Source: Candidatus Iainarchaeum sp.
GTDB taxonomy: Archaea; Iainarchaeota; Iainarchaeia; Iainarchaeales; VGJJ01
Assembly: GCA_043803765.1 (NCBI GenBank)
Contig: JAZDJQ010000004.1
Location: forward strand, 1 to 64,000
Length of the DNA: 64,000 nucleotides
Direction of reading: 5' to 3'
The translations under genes and the position numbers were made by a program. Under the pieces are notes generated by a model. It searched no databases. It worked only from the letters and a program-made list of their open reading frames with translations, and had not been told where the DNA came from. This document shows, one piece after another, positions 1 through 8,610 of this stretch (positions within the stretch are counted from its first letter, which is position 1; each line of letters begins with the position of its first letter).

Positions 1-68
1 GCCTCGCTAAAGGCTCGCTCCGCGAGCGAATAGAAGGAATTATATTCGACAGGAATCAGAATACTCAT
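1..68 (-). CDS. possible N-terminus of a gene running off the window start (MSILIPVEYNSFYSLAERAFSE...)
   Basis: ATG at 68 on the minus strand, GGTGG SD-like motif 7 nt upstream, frame open to the window edge; too short to assign. Confidence 0.3.
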   Translation of the reverse strand, partial: MSILIPVEYNSFYSLAERAFSE

Positions 69-163
69 ACGAAAACCACCTAAAGTAGGAGGCAAAACCT
101 CCTATTTTAGGCTATTTATAAAGGATTTCAACAAGCCCCCCAATATAATAAACTTTATATTAA

Positions 164-767
164 ATGACTTCCTCCCCACCCTAAAGGGTGGGGTATCCCC
201 TTTAGTACGCGGCAAGGTTTGTTTGGTCCGCCTGCTGGCGGACATAGTTTGCTACAACTTCCTTGTCCACGTCTCCGACCGTGCGGCCACACTTGCCGCG
301 ACTCCAGAAGTGGCCGCCCGGATAACGGAGACGAAAATTAGGAAACTCGTGCAGGATACTATACGCGCTCGCCCCCTTCAATAGGGCGAGCGCTTTCGAA
401 GCGCTCATCGTGAGATGAGCGCTAACAAGCGCGTGAACGTGATCACGCATCACGGATAACTCAACGAATACTATTCCGTGTCTCGAGGCCGCGGCCTCGA
501 GAGCTCGCCGCACGGCAAGCCGATACTTCTCTTTCCGCATGCACGCATAGCGATACTTCGTCGCCCAAACCAAATGATATAAATTCTGAAAAACACCATG
601 CTGATAGCTAACTAAACTCATAGAGAGCACTCTCCTGTCGACTCGTTTAGAGCGCCCGCCCGCAAAGCGGGCGCGTCGACAGGAAGAGTTCAAAAAAACG
701 GAACTAAAACGACTATCGGCCTAAAGGCCGAGGTATAAAACCCAAGACAGCAGCCCTAACGGGCTGC
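164..767 (-). mobile_element. IS200/IS605-family insertion sequence, tnpA only (no tnpB)
   Basis: Y1 transposase flanked by subterminal hairpins CCCCACCC-TAAA-GGGTGGGG (174-193) and TCGGCC-TAAA-GGCCGA (716-731), both followed by G-G-T-A-T; minus-strand right end reads ...GGGGAGGAAGTCAT; GC higher than flanks; exact left end uncertain. Confidence 0.8.
202..621 (-). CDS. tnpA: IS200/IS605 Y1 (HUH) transposase
   Basis: YHLVWATKYR, HUH motif DHVH, LKGASA, FWSRG, catalytic YVRQQ; start placed at MSLVSY (621). Confidence 0.93.
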   Translation of the reverse strand: MSLVSYQHGVFQNLYHLVWATKYRYACMRKEKYRLAVRRALEAAASRHGIVFVELSVMRDHVHALVSAHLTMSASKALALLKGASAYSILHEFPNFRLRYPGGHFWSRGKCGRTVGDVDKEVVANYVRQQADQTNLAAY

Positions 768-855
768 CGAATTATAATATCCTAGAAAAAAATATTCTTA
801 CAATCGAAAATACCCCTATTTTTAATAGGTCTTACTTAAAGAAAAACCAAAACTA

Positions 856-929
856 CGACCCCGGTGGGATTTGAACCCACAGCCTTTCCCTTAGGACGGG
901 ATTGCTCATCCAGATTGAGCTACGGGGCC
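856..929 (-). tRNA. tRNA-Arg(CCT)
   Basis: Cloverleaf GGCCCCG/CGGGGTC, D arm GCTC/GAGC, anticodon loop GT-CCT-AA, T arm GTGGG-TTCAAAT-CCCAC; no encoded CCA. Confidence 0.9.
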
Positions 930-968
930 GAACTAAGACGGTTAGAAAAAGCAATTAAAGGGGGCAGT

Positions 969-1586
969 CTACCCCATTCCCGCAAATACCAACGCAGAAG
1001 CAAGCGGAACACCCAACGCATCATTAATAGGAAATAATTCTACGAGCGTCGCCACAATCGCCACAACCAACGCAGGACCGGGAGTAATAATAATAGAAAG
1101 AGGAATCCAGCAACCCACTAGCCCTGCTAATGAACCCTCCAATGATTTAGAACCAAGAATCTTCGTTTTACCATAACGAAGACCAAAAACAGTAGAAAAA
1201 GAATCCTGAAACGTGTACGCCACAATACCCACTAACACAGGAAGAATAGAAGAAAAAATAAAACTCGTTAATCCAACGCCCAACATGAACAAGAACGCCG
1301 CTTCCCCCGGAACATGTTCTCCCTCACGCTCCACATGAATCAACCATTTATTCAAAAAAGGAACCCATTTTTTCTCAGCAAAAAGAGAAACAATCGCCCC
1401 CACTAAAAGCAAAACAATTACAAACTCACGAAAAAATAAAATAGAAGTGGAATACAACATCATCATACAAACCAAACCTAACACCACATGCACGGTCTGA
1501 CGTAGAACTTCACGACGAAAAGAATCCAAACTAAGATGAGAAGGCTGAGGCCGGTGCTCTTTTATCATAATACTATTCACTTCCAA
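969..1586 (-). CDS. dolichol/phytol kinase-like membrane protein (CTP-dependent polyprenol kinase family)
   Basis: RQTVHVVLG, DSFSTVFGLRYGK, KSLEGSLAG, VELFPIND motifs; multiple TM helices. Confidence 0.8.
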   Translation of the reverse strand: MEVNSIMIKEHRPQPSHLSLDSFRREVLRQTVHVVLGLVCMMMLYSTSILFFREFVIVLLLVGAIVSLFAEKKWVPFLNKWLIHVEREGEHVPGEAAFLFMLGVGLTSFIFSSILPVLVGIVAYTFQDSFSTVFGLRYGKTKILGSKSLEGSLAGLVGCWIPLSIIITPGPALVVAIVATLVELFPINDALGVPLASALVFAGMG

Positions 1587-2242
1587 ACAACGTGAACAAG
1601 GAAATGGTCTTTCTCAAACTTTCCTAAATCCACTACTTCGCGAATAGAACAGTGCTTTTTAATCCTAGCCTCTTCTCCTTTCAACACAAGAGAAGGATTC
1701 TTAGAAAAATCAATAGAACGAGACTTGATAACTAAATAGCCGTGCGCGCTCTTGGAAGCAAATGTTTCCCAATTACGCACAAAAATATCCGACTGATTTT
1801 TCTGGGAAACATCCTGAACAATAACATCAAATTTCATATCCGGCAATTCTTTTTTTAACAAAGCAGGATGATTCGCATCCGCAAGCAAAGGAATAATATT
1901 CGAACGGGACTCAACCAGCTTAGAAAAAACACGCATGGCCTTAGGAGAAATATCCACCCCCACCACGAATCCATTTTCCCCAACCAAATCCGACACGTGC
2001 GAAACAGTGGTTCCCTCCGCGCTACCCAAATAGAGAACAGAATCACCCGCACGAATATGCAAATCATCCAAACCCGCACTTAATCCCGCCGCCAGTTTGG
2101 AACGAAAAGGATTCCACTGACGCCACTCCGCGCCCTTCTCTTTCACAATACGCTCACCATATACTCGCAACATAGGAGCAAGGGAACGAGTGAAATAATC
2201 CCTCCCTACGCGACGCAAGCGAGGATTCATATCTATCCTCAC
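1577..2242 (-). CDS. flpA: fibrillarin-like rRNA/tRNA 2'-O-methyltransferase
   Basis: VYGE, WNPFRSKLAA, VLYLGSAEGTTVSHVSD, QDVSQ, IKSRSID; adjacent to Nop5. Confidence 0.96.
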   Translation of the reverse strand: MRIDMNPRLRRVGRDYFTRSLAPMLRVYGERIVKEKGAEWRQWNPFRSKLAAGLSAGLDDLHIRAGDSVLYLGSAEGTTVSHVSDLVGENGFVVGVDISPKAMRVFSKLVESRSNIIPLLADANHPALLKKELPDMKFDVIVQDVSQKNQSDIFVRNWETFASKSAHGYLVIKSRSIDFSKNPSLVLKGEEARIKKHCSIREVVDLGKFEKDHFLVHVVWK

Positions 2243-3096
2243 TTCCGGCCACTCGATTTGAAAACGGGTTTAGATAACGCAAGCTTTCGAGACAACGATT
2301 CCAATGCCGGCTTATACTTATCAACGATACGTTCTTTCCCAAAAACATCCACACGAATACATATGGCAAGCTTACCACTCAACGCACGGGCCATCTTTCC
2401 ACGCGCATGCTTAGGAAGAGACTTCACAAAAGGATGATTAAACAAATAACCATGCTTAGGAGGCTTTGTCTTAGAACGAATATGCGAACGCAGAGCTTCC
2501 TCAGAACCCAACACTTGTATCGTAGAAGAAGGCATTTCAGCCAACTTTTTCAACGAACCTGCTTTCGCCATCAATTGACCTGCAATCATAGGCGTCGCGA
2601 GTTCGGCAAAATTAGGAGCCAACTCCATCATTTGCTTGGAAACAAAATCCTGAACCTTTTTCTGCTCCTCACGCAAAATCAACGCAGATTGGGCTACTCC
2701 CTGCAATGCCTTTAACGCAGAAGGAGAAATATCCCCGCCCGCACTATTTTGGGCAGATCGTACCACACGGGAAATACTATCCTCATCCGAGAAAAAAGTA
2801 TGCAACGTGGAAGGAGAATAATTTTCCCTCAACCCAATACGAGTCATCATACCCAATTGATTTGAAGGATCACGCACCACTTCTTTCAATTCGGGAAAAT
2901 GCAATGCATACCACTCCCACGTTTGCTCATATAATAAATTGAATAACGCCTCCATATTTTTGGCAGACTGAACCGCACGCACTACATGGGCATCATCACC
3001 CGAGAGTTTTTCAGAGATAGTAAAACGAACCTGTTTTACGAGACGCTGACGCAAATCATGCAATTTTCTATTGGAAACACCATAAGGGGAGGGCAT
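2239..3096 (-). CDS. nop5: C/D box RNP protein Nop5 (Nop56/58)
   Basis: EWYALHFPEL, APNF, LAEMPSSTIQVLGSE, PPKHG, RGKMARALSGKL; start moved to ATG 3096 to avoid overlap with glyS. Confidence 0.95.
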   Translation of the reverse strand: MPSPYGVSNRKLHDLRQRLVKQVRFTISEKLSGDDAHVVRAVQSAKNMEALFNLLYEQTWEWYALHFPELKEVVRDPSNQLGMMTRIGLRENYSPSTLHTFFSDEDSISRVVRSAQNSAGGDISPSALKALQGVAQSALILREEQKKVQDFVSKQMMELAPNFAELATPMIAGQLMAKAGSLKKLAEMPSSTIQVLGSEEALRSHIRSKTKPPKHGYLFNHPFVKSLPKHARGKMARALSGKLAICIRVDVFGKERIVDKYKPALESLSRKLALSKPVFKSSGRK

Positions 3097-3154
3097 ATGT
3101 AGGAAAAGCGTCTCATAGGCTTTAAAAGAACCCCGTTCCTCTGTGGGAAACAGC

Positions 3155-4660
3155 ATGCCCCTCCCCGAAATAACCAACCTGGCCCAACGCCGAGGACTAT
3201 TCACTCCAAGCGCAGAAATATACGCCAATGCACCCGCAGGATTTTGGGATTATGGAAATGAAGGAACACGCATCAAACGAAGACTCGTGGAACACTGGAG
3301 AAAAACACTCATTCACAAAGAAGGAAACATCGAAATAGAAGGAAGCACACTCCTACCTGAAATCGTATTCAAAGCATCCGGACACTTGGAAAACTTCAAC
3401 GACCCGCTTGTAATATGTGAAACATGCAAAACACCCTACCGCGCGGACAAACTCATTGAAGAAAAACTAGAACACGAAATACCCGAAGGAGCCAGCCTTG
3501 ATTTCTTCGACCAAAAAATAGCCGAACTCAAACTCGTTTGCCCAAAAGACAAAAAACCATTTGGACGCACAACAAAGTTCAACCTCATGATGCAAGTCAA
3601 CATCGGAGCAACACACGGAAATGTATCCTATCTGCGACCCGAAGCATGCCAAAGCATATTCCTAGCATTCCCCCGCATATGGAAAAGCGGACGCATCAAA
3701 TTACCCATCGGAATAGGACAAGCGGGAAAAGCCTACCGAAACGAAATCGCCCCACGACAGGGATTACTGCGAACAAGAGAATTCGAACAAATGGATATGG
3801 AGATATTTTTCAATCCACGAAAAATAAATGAAATAGAAAAATGGGAAGAAGTCAAAGAATATGCACTGAATCTTTACTTATTGTCCGATAAACAAACACA
3901 CGCTATCACGTGCGAAGAAGCAGTCGAACAAAAAATAGTATCCGGAAAAATAATCGCATACTATCTCGCACGCACCCAACAATTCTTCGCATCACTCCAT
4001 ATCCCGCTAGAAAAGATACGATTCAGGGAATTAGAAAAAGAAGCACGAGCGTTTTATGCAAGGGAAACATGGGATTTGGAAGTGCAAATGGACAACGCAT
4101 GGATTGAGCTTGCCGCATGCAATTACCGAGGAGAACACGATTTGAAAACACACGGAGAAGAAAGCAAACAGGATATAACAATAAAAGAAGACGGGGAAAA
4201 CGAAAAATACGTCCCCCACATTTTTGAAATATCCATCGGAGTAGACCGGACATTCCTTGTCATGCTGGATGCCAATCTTAGAAAAGAAATACGAGGAACC
4301 GAAGAACGAACATATTTGGACTTACCAAAAGAAATAGCACCTTATGATGTAAGCGTGTTCCCACTCATGAAGAAAGACGGACTCGCTGAACACGCAGAAG
4401 AATTAGCCCACCACTTACGCGGACAAAACATCGCAGTAATATACGATGAAACAGGAAGCATTGGAAAACGATACGCCCGAACGGATGAAATAGGAATACC
4501 CTACGCCATCACCGTCGATTACCAATCCCTACAAGACCGAAGCATCACCCTGCGTGAACGAAGCAGCATGAAACAAAAACGAGTGCAAGTGGATGACCTA
4601 GACGAAATATTCTGGAAGTTCTCCACGAACCAAAAAAAATTCGAAGACCTGGCAGACTAA
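3155..4660 (+). CDS. glyS: glycine--tRNA ligase (alpha2 type)
   Basis: ASGH, YLRPEACQ, RNEIAPRQGLLRTREFEQ, GVDR, GSIGKRYARTDEIGIP anticodon-binding domain. Confidence 0.97.
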   Translation: MPLPEITNLAQRRGLFTPSAEIYANAPAGFWDYGNEGTRIKRRLVEHWRKTLIHKEGNIEIEGSTLLPEIVFKASGHLENFNDPLVICETCKTPYRADKLIEEKLEHEIPEGASLDFFDQKIAELKLVCPKDKKPFGRTTKFNLMMQVNIGATHGNVSYLRPEACQSIFLAFPRIWKSGRIKLPIGIGQAGKAYRNEIAPRQGLLRTREFEQMDMEIFFNPRKINEIEKWEEVKEYALNLYLLSDKQTHAITCEEAVEQKIVSGKIIAYYLARTQQFFASLHIPLEKIRFRELEKEARAFYARETWDLEVQMDNAWIELAACNYRGEHDLKTHGEESKQDITIKEDGENEKYVPHIFEISIGVDRTFLVMLDANLRKEIRGTEERTYLDLPKEIAPYDVSVFPLMKKDGLAEHAEELAHHLRGQNIAVIYDETGSIGKRYARTDEIGIPYAITVDYQSLQDRSITLRERSSMKQKRVQVDDLDEIFWKFSTNQKKFEDLAD

Positions 4661-4736
4661 TTAATCATTCAAACACTTTCAACCTGCCCTCTCACCGCGT
4701 TGTTTTAAAGGATTCCCTGATCATTCATAAAATACC

Positions 4737-4808
4737 GCCCCCATAGCTCAGTGGTAGAGCGCCAGTTTCGTAAACTGGAGGTCGAGGGTTCAAATCCCTC
4801 TGGAGGCT
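4737..4808 (+). tRNA. tRNA-Thr(CGT)
   Basis: GCCCCCA/TGGAGGC acceptor stem (one C-A mismatch), CCAGT-TT-CGT-AA-ACTGG anticodon arm, GAGGG-TTCAAAT-CCCTC T arm. Confidence 0.93.
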
Positions 4809-4961
4809 TATTTATGGAAAACTGCATCTTTGTTGGTACAAAAAAGGATGGCATCGCATTCTTTACTTTTTTAAATAATAGAACCTGACAAGACATCTTC
4901 CACCACACCCCCTATCGCTTTTTGACGTATGTTTATATAGACGTTTACCGAGAATTCGACC

Positions 4962-5663
4962 ATGGATCAGCTCAAAGTTACCATCGCAGGAGAAATCACA
5001 CTCAGTAAGGACCCGGGCGGGTCGATGAAAAAATGGAGGGAAATATTTGGAATATCCCAAACAGAGCTTGCAGAATTTTTGAAAGTGTCCTCTTCCACTA
5101 TCTCCGATTATGAAGGAGGAAGAAGAAAAAGCCCCGGAATCGCCGTAATCAACCGCCTCGTAGAGGCACTCATCGAAATAGACAAAAACAAAGGAGGGAA
5201 AGTCACCCAACAATTATCGCGAGACGAAGGACCAAAAGAAAAAGTATTCGATGTGCACGAATTCACCGGAGGAATGAATGGAAAAGAGTTTGTTGAAAAA
5301 ATAGGAGGAGAATGCATCGCCAATCCTTTCAGACTAAAAGACTTGACCGTGTACGGATACACGATTATTGATTCACTAAAAGTTATCCTCGATACGCCCG
5401 TACATGAATATTTGCAAATGTATGGAAAAACACCCGAACGCGCACTTATCTTTACTACGGTAGAAAATGGACGCTCGCCTTTAATTGCAGTAAAAGTAGG
5501 AAGGTTTGCCACCGAAATGAGACCATCCGTTGTTGTATTGCACGGCTGTCAAAAAGTAGACCCTATCGCCAAACGCATCGCCGAAAATGAAAAAATCGCC
5601 CTCATCATTACTCAAATGCCCGTGGAAAAGATACTGGAAACATTCAAGGGAATGGAAACATAA
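4962..5663 (+). CDS. archaeal XRE-HTH transcriptional regulator with C-terminal DRTGG-like domain (COG1709-like)
   Basis: IAGEITLS, KKWREIFGISQTELA..ISDYEGGRRKSPG, GYTIIDS, ERALIFT..GRSPLIAVKV. Confidence 0.85.
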   Translation: MDQLKVTIAGEITLSKDPGGSMKKWREIFGISQTELAEFLKVSSSTISDYEGGRRKSPGIAVINRLVEALIEIDKNKGGKVTQQLSRDEGPKEKVFDVHEFTGGMNGKEFVEKIGGECIANPFRLKDLTVYGYTIIDSLKVILDTPVHEYLQMYGKTPERALIFTTVENGRSPLIAVKVGRFATEMRPSVVVLHGCQKVDPIAKRIAENEKIALIITQMPVEKILETFKGMET

Positions 5664-5667
5664 ACCA

Positions 5668-6402
5668 TCAAGGAATACGAACCAAATACGTATTCCTGAA
5701 TTTTGTTTTGTTCGTATGGACATCCAAACCGATTTGTTTCCCCGAAACGGAAAACGTTCCATTGTATTTTCGCTGAACGTATACTGCAGCAGCCTTCCCG
5801 CCTTTGTTTGAAACGATCCACGCATCAAAACCAAATTTTTGAGGAATCCAATTCACAACTACGGCTTTAGAGTCCCCCATATGCACGGGTTTCAATGCAT
5901 CTTCAATGTCCTGCTGAACCTGCTTCATTTTCTCATTTGTCTTTTCCTCAAAACGAACTTGAACAATTGCCTCATAATAATCAGATGAAACCAGCATATC
6001 ATCATTACAAATACCCCCGCGAATGTAGAGCTTTGTTTCCAATTCTAAGTGAACGGGCGAGGCGTCAATCATACCATTCACAATAATTTTTACGCGCGTG
6101 AGCTTCTTATCTTTCTCATCAATAAAACGAGTAATCGAAATATTCGGCTCTTCAATATCACGAATCTTAATCTTATCCTTAATCCACGAATCAACCAATA
6201 ATTCATTCCACGGAATCCACTGCGTGGAAGGACGAAACTTCCCGCAATAATTACACGTAGAGAGTTCCAAAATAGGAGGAACCCTTACCAAATCGGAATG
6301 ATCCCGAACGTAACAATCCGTACAAAAAAGACCAATAAAAGAACCATCCGTCCTTCCGCAACGAGGACAAAAACGGGCAGTAGAAGAAGAAACCATACGC
6401 AT
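5668..6402 (-). CDS. nmd3: NMD3 family ribosome biogenesis protein
   Basis: FCPRCG..FCTDCY, CNYCG zinc knuckles, YYEAIVQVR, C-terminal TYLVRI. Confidence 0.88.
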   Translation of the reverse strand: MRMVSSSTARFCPRCGRTDGSFIGLFCTDCYVRDHSDLVRVPPILELSTCNYCGKFRPSTQWIPWNELLVDSWIKDKIKIRDIEEPNISITRFIDEKDKKLTRVKIIVNGMIDASPVHLELETKLYIRGGICNDDMLVSSDYYEAIVQVRFEEKTNEKMKQVQQDIEDALKPVHMGDSKAVVVNWIPQKFGFDAWIVSNKGGKAAAVYVQRKYNGTFSVSGKQIGLDVHTNKTKFRNTYLVRIP

Positions 6403-6420
6403 GAGAAAACAACCCCCTAT

Positions 6421-7698
6421 TTAGAGGCGAATTGTCTCCCCCACCGAAGGATTACTCACATTAAAACCCATTTTTCTCAACTCTTCAGTAAATTTCCCGC
6501 TAATTTTTACATCCCCATGAATAAGAAGCACGTGCTCAGGAGAAAACAGCTTAACCGTCTTAATCAAATCATCCTTGCCTGAATGAGCAGAAAAATCAAA
6601 ACGCTGAATTTCAAGCTTAGGTTCTACGACCCCATGGTCTAATTCAATCTTACCCGTTTCGAGTAACATACGCCCTTTAGTTCCCTCTACTTGGTAGCCG
6701 GTAATAAGCAATGTGGAACGCTCATCATCATGAAGCTTACCCAAATAATACATGACAGGACCTCCTTCCAGCATTCCCGCCGTTGTTACAATCACCGAAG
6801 GCTGTTTGAGCGTTTGCTTTCGAACACCCGGATGACGAACAAAATTCAACTGCTCCAACATCCTCCTAATCACTTTGGGTTTTTTATTAAACAAAGGATA
6901 ACGGTCATAAATCTCCGTAACCTGACGAGACATTCCATCAACAAAAACAGGAGCGTCCACTCCATATTCAAACAGAATATCCAAAATTTCCTGAGTACGA
7001 CCAATAGCAAACGCCGCCACAATCGCATGACCTCCCCGATCAAGCGTTTCACGAATCTTACTCATGAAAGCATGAATCGTTTTCTCCCTATCAGGATGAG
7101 AACGATCACCATATGTTGACTCCATCAACAAATAATCCACTTTTCCAACGCTTTTCAAGTCCGCTCCATCATGCAAACGGATAGGAGACGCCATAAAATC
7201 ACCCGTGTAGAGAAATATTTTATCTTTCAACTCCACTTTGCACAATGAACTGCCCAAAATATGTCCTGCATCAAAAAATTCCAATCGCGCATTCTTAGTA
7301 ACATCAACCGGTTTATTGTAACGCATCGAAAACGTGTTTTTTTCGGCTGCCTGTATTTGCGCCAAAGAAAAATTAGGCGTTTCTCCTTCCTGGTCTGCAA
7401 TTTTCAATGAATCATTCCACAAAATCTTGCTCAACTCTAATGTAGGCTGAGTCATAAACAAATTAGTAGGATTCGTCGAAAAAATAGTGGGAACAAAACC
7501 CGAATGATCAAAATGGGCATGGGATAAAACCATCGCATCCAATTTTTCTTTTATCGGAAGCGGATATTCCGTCTCATTAGGAGTAAACTTTACTCCATAA
7601 TCGAACAAAATTTTCTCACCATGAGCGTTCAACACAAAAGAAGAACGACCCACTTCCCTTCCCGCCCCATGGACGGATAAAGTATAGTCTGATGTCAT
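6421..7698 (-). CDS. beta-CASP metallo-beta-lactamase ribonuclease without KH domains (aCPSF2-like)
   Basis: GAGREVGRS, SHAHFDHSG, AGHILGS, YTGD, MESTYG, GRTQE, FSAH, LIHG. Confidence 0.92.
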   Translation of the reverse strand: MTSDYTLSVHGAGREVGRSSFVLNAHGEKILFDYGVKFTPNETEYPLPIKEKLDAMVLSHAHFDHSGFVPTIFSTNPTNLFMTQPTLELSKILWNDSLKIADQEGETPNFSLAQIQAAEKNTFSMRYNKPVDVTKNARLEFFDAGHILGSSLCKVELKDKIFLYTGDFMASPIRLHDGADLKSVGKVDYLLMESTYGDRSHPDREKTIHAFMSKIRETLDRGGHAIVAAFAIGRTQEILDILFEYGVDAPVFVDGMSRQVTEIYDRYPLFNKKPKVIRRMLEQLNFVRHPGVRKQTLKQPSVIVTTAGMLEGGPVMYYLGKLHDDERSTLLITGYQVEGTKGRMLLETGKIELDHGVVEPKLEIQRFDFSAHSGKDDLIKTVKLFSPEHVLLIHGDVKISGKFTEELRKMGFNVSNPSVGETIRL

Positions 7699-7720
7699 AT
7701 TTTTCTAAAACCTCTTTTTC

Positions 7721-7854
7721 TTAGACATTCGATGCCATTCCGCAAACGCGGTTTTTCGTACGTTCCCGGGACAGGCGTGCCCCGACCTTTAATCAGCAGT
7801 CCCGACCGGACCAAAACGGAACGAAAAGCATTGCTAAAATGCAATCGTCTAACC
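7721..7854 (-). ncRNA. candidate structured RNA / long 5' leader of the beta-CASP gene
   Basis: Nested complementary segments folded by hand (see findings); TTTATAAT box at 7880-7873 about 26 nt upstream; no family recognised. Confidence 0.5.
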
Positions 7855-7959
7855 AATTCACGAGGAAAGGAGATTATAAACCCCCTCCCAAAAAAAGGCA
7901 TAAAAAGGCACGAAAAGGGCAAAAATAGCCTTAAAAGGAATGTTTGAATGGGGGTTGAA

Positions 7960-8604
7960 ATGAAACAAAAAAAGAAGGAAATACAACCCATGGACTTCCT
8001 CCTCGCGGGAAAACTAACCCAAAAGTATGGAATTCCAATGGCACCCATGCACGCAATAAGGAAAGAAAAAGACATTATGGGAATAGAGAAAAAAATCCCA
8101 TTTCCATGGGTAATGAAAGCCGTAGGAAAAAAAATACTCCACAAAACCGACGTGGGAGGAATCAAGCTAAACCTAAACAATTCGCACGACACCCTAATGG
8201 CATTCCACACGCTAAAGAAAATACCCGGATGCGAATACGTAGTCGCACAACCCATGCGGGAAGGAATCGAAATCATTGTAGGAGGAAAAATAGACCCGCA
8301 GTTCGGACCAACCGTATTAGTGGGAATGGGAGGAATCTACACGGAAGTGCTGAAAGATTCATCCGTGAGAATTGCCCCATTGCAAAAAGAAGACGCCGAA
8401 AGCATGGTAAAAGAATTGAAAATGTACCCCATATTGAAAGGAATAAGAGGACAAAAAAAAATCAACTTTTCGGATTTAACCAAAATCATACTAGGAGTAT
8501 CCAAACTCATGCAAACAGGAAAAATAAAAGAATTAGACTTGAACCCGGTACTCGCCACGCATGAAAGAGTAGAAGGAGTGGACGTGAGGATTATTCAGGA
8601 GTAA
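7960..8604 (+). CDS. acdB: ADP-forming acetate--CoA ligase beta subunit (ATP-grasp)
   Basis: HKTDVGGI, EIIVGGKIDPQFGPTVLVGMGGIYTEVLKD, LKGIRG, ELDLNP. Confidence 0.9.
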   Translation: MKQKKKEIQPMDFLLAGKLTQKYGIPMAPMHAIRKEKDIMGIEKKIPFPWVMKAVGKKILHKTDVGGIKLNLNNSHDTLMAFHTLKKIPGCEYVVAQPMREGIEIIVGGKIDPQFGPTVLVGMGGIYTEVLKDSSVRIAPLQKEDAESMVKELKMYPILKGIRGQKKINFSDLTKIILGVSKLMQTGKIKELDLNPVLATHERVEGVDVRIIQE

Positions 8605-8610
8605 AAGAGA

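Noticed and set aside
7790-7800. Hammerhead ribozyme core (CUGAUUA on the minus strand)
   Set aside because: Does not match CUGANGA, and no correctly placed GAAA/stem II was found.
7766-7805. SRP RNA helix 8 (CAGG...AGCA) on the plus strand
   Set aside because: No GNRA-capped apical stem between the two motifs; G-U pairing and the promoter favour the minus strand.
7695-8276. 193-aa minus-strand ORF and 71-aa plus-strand ORF across the 7.7-7.9 kb spacer
   Set aside because: Shadow of acdB and of the structured region; no protein-like features.
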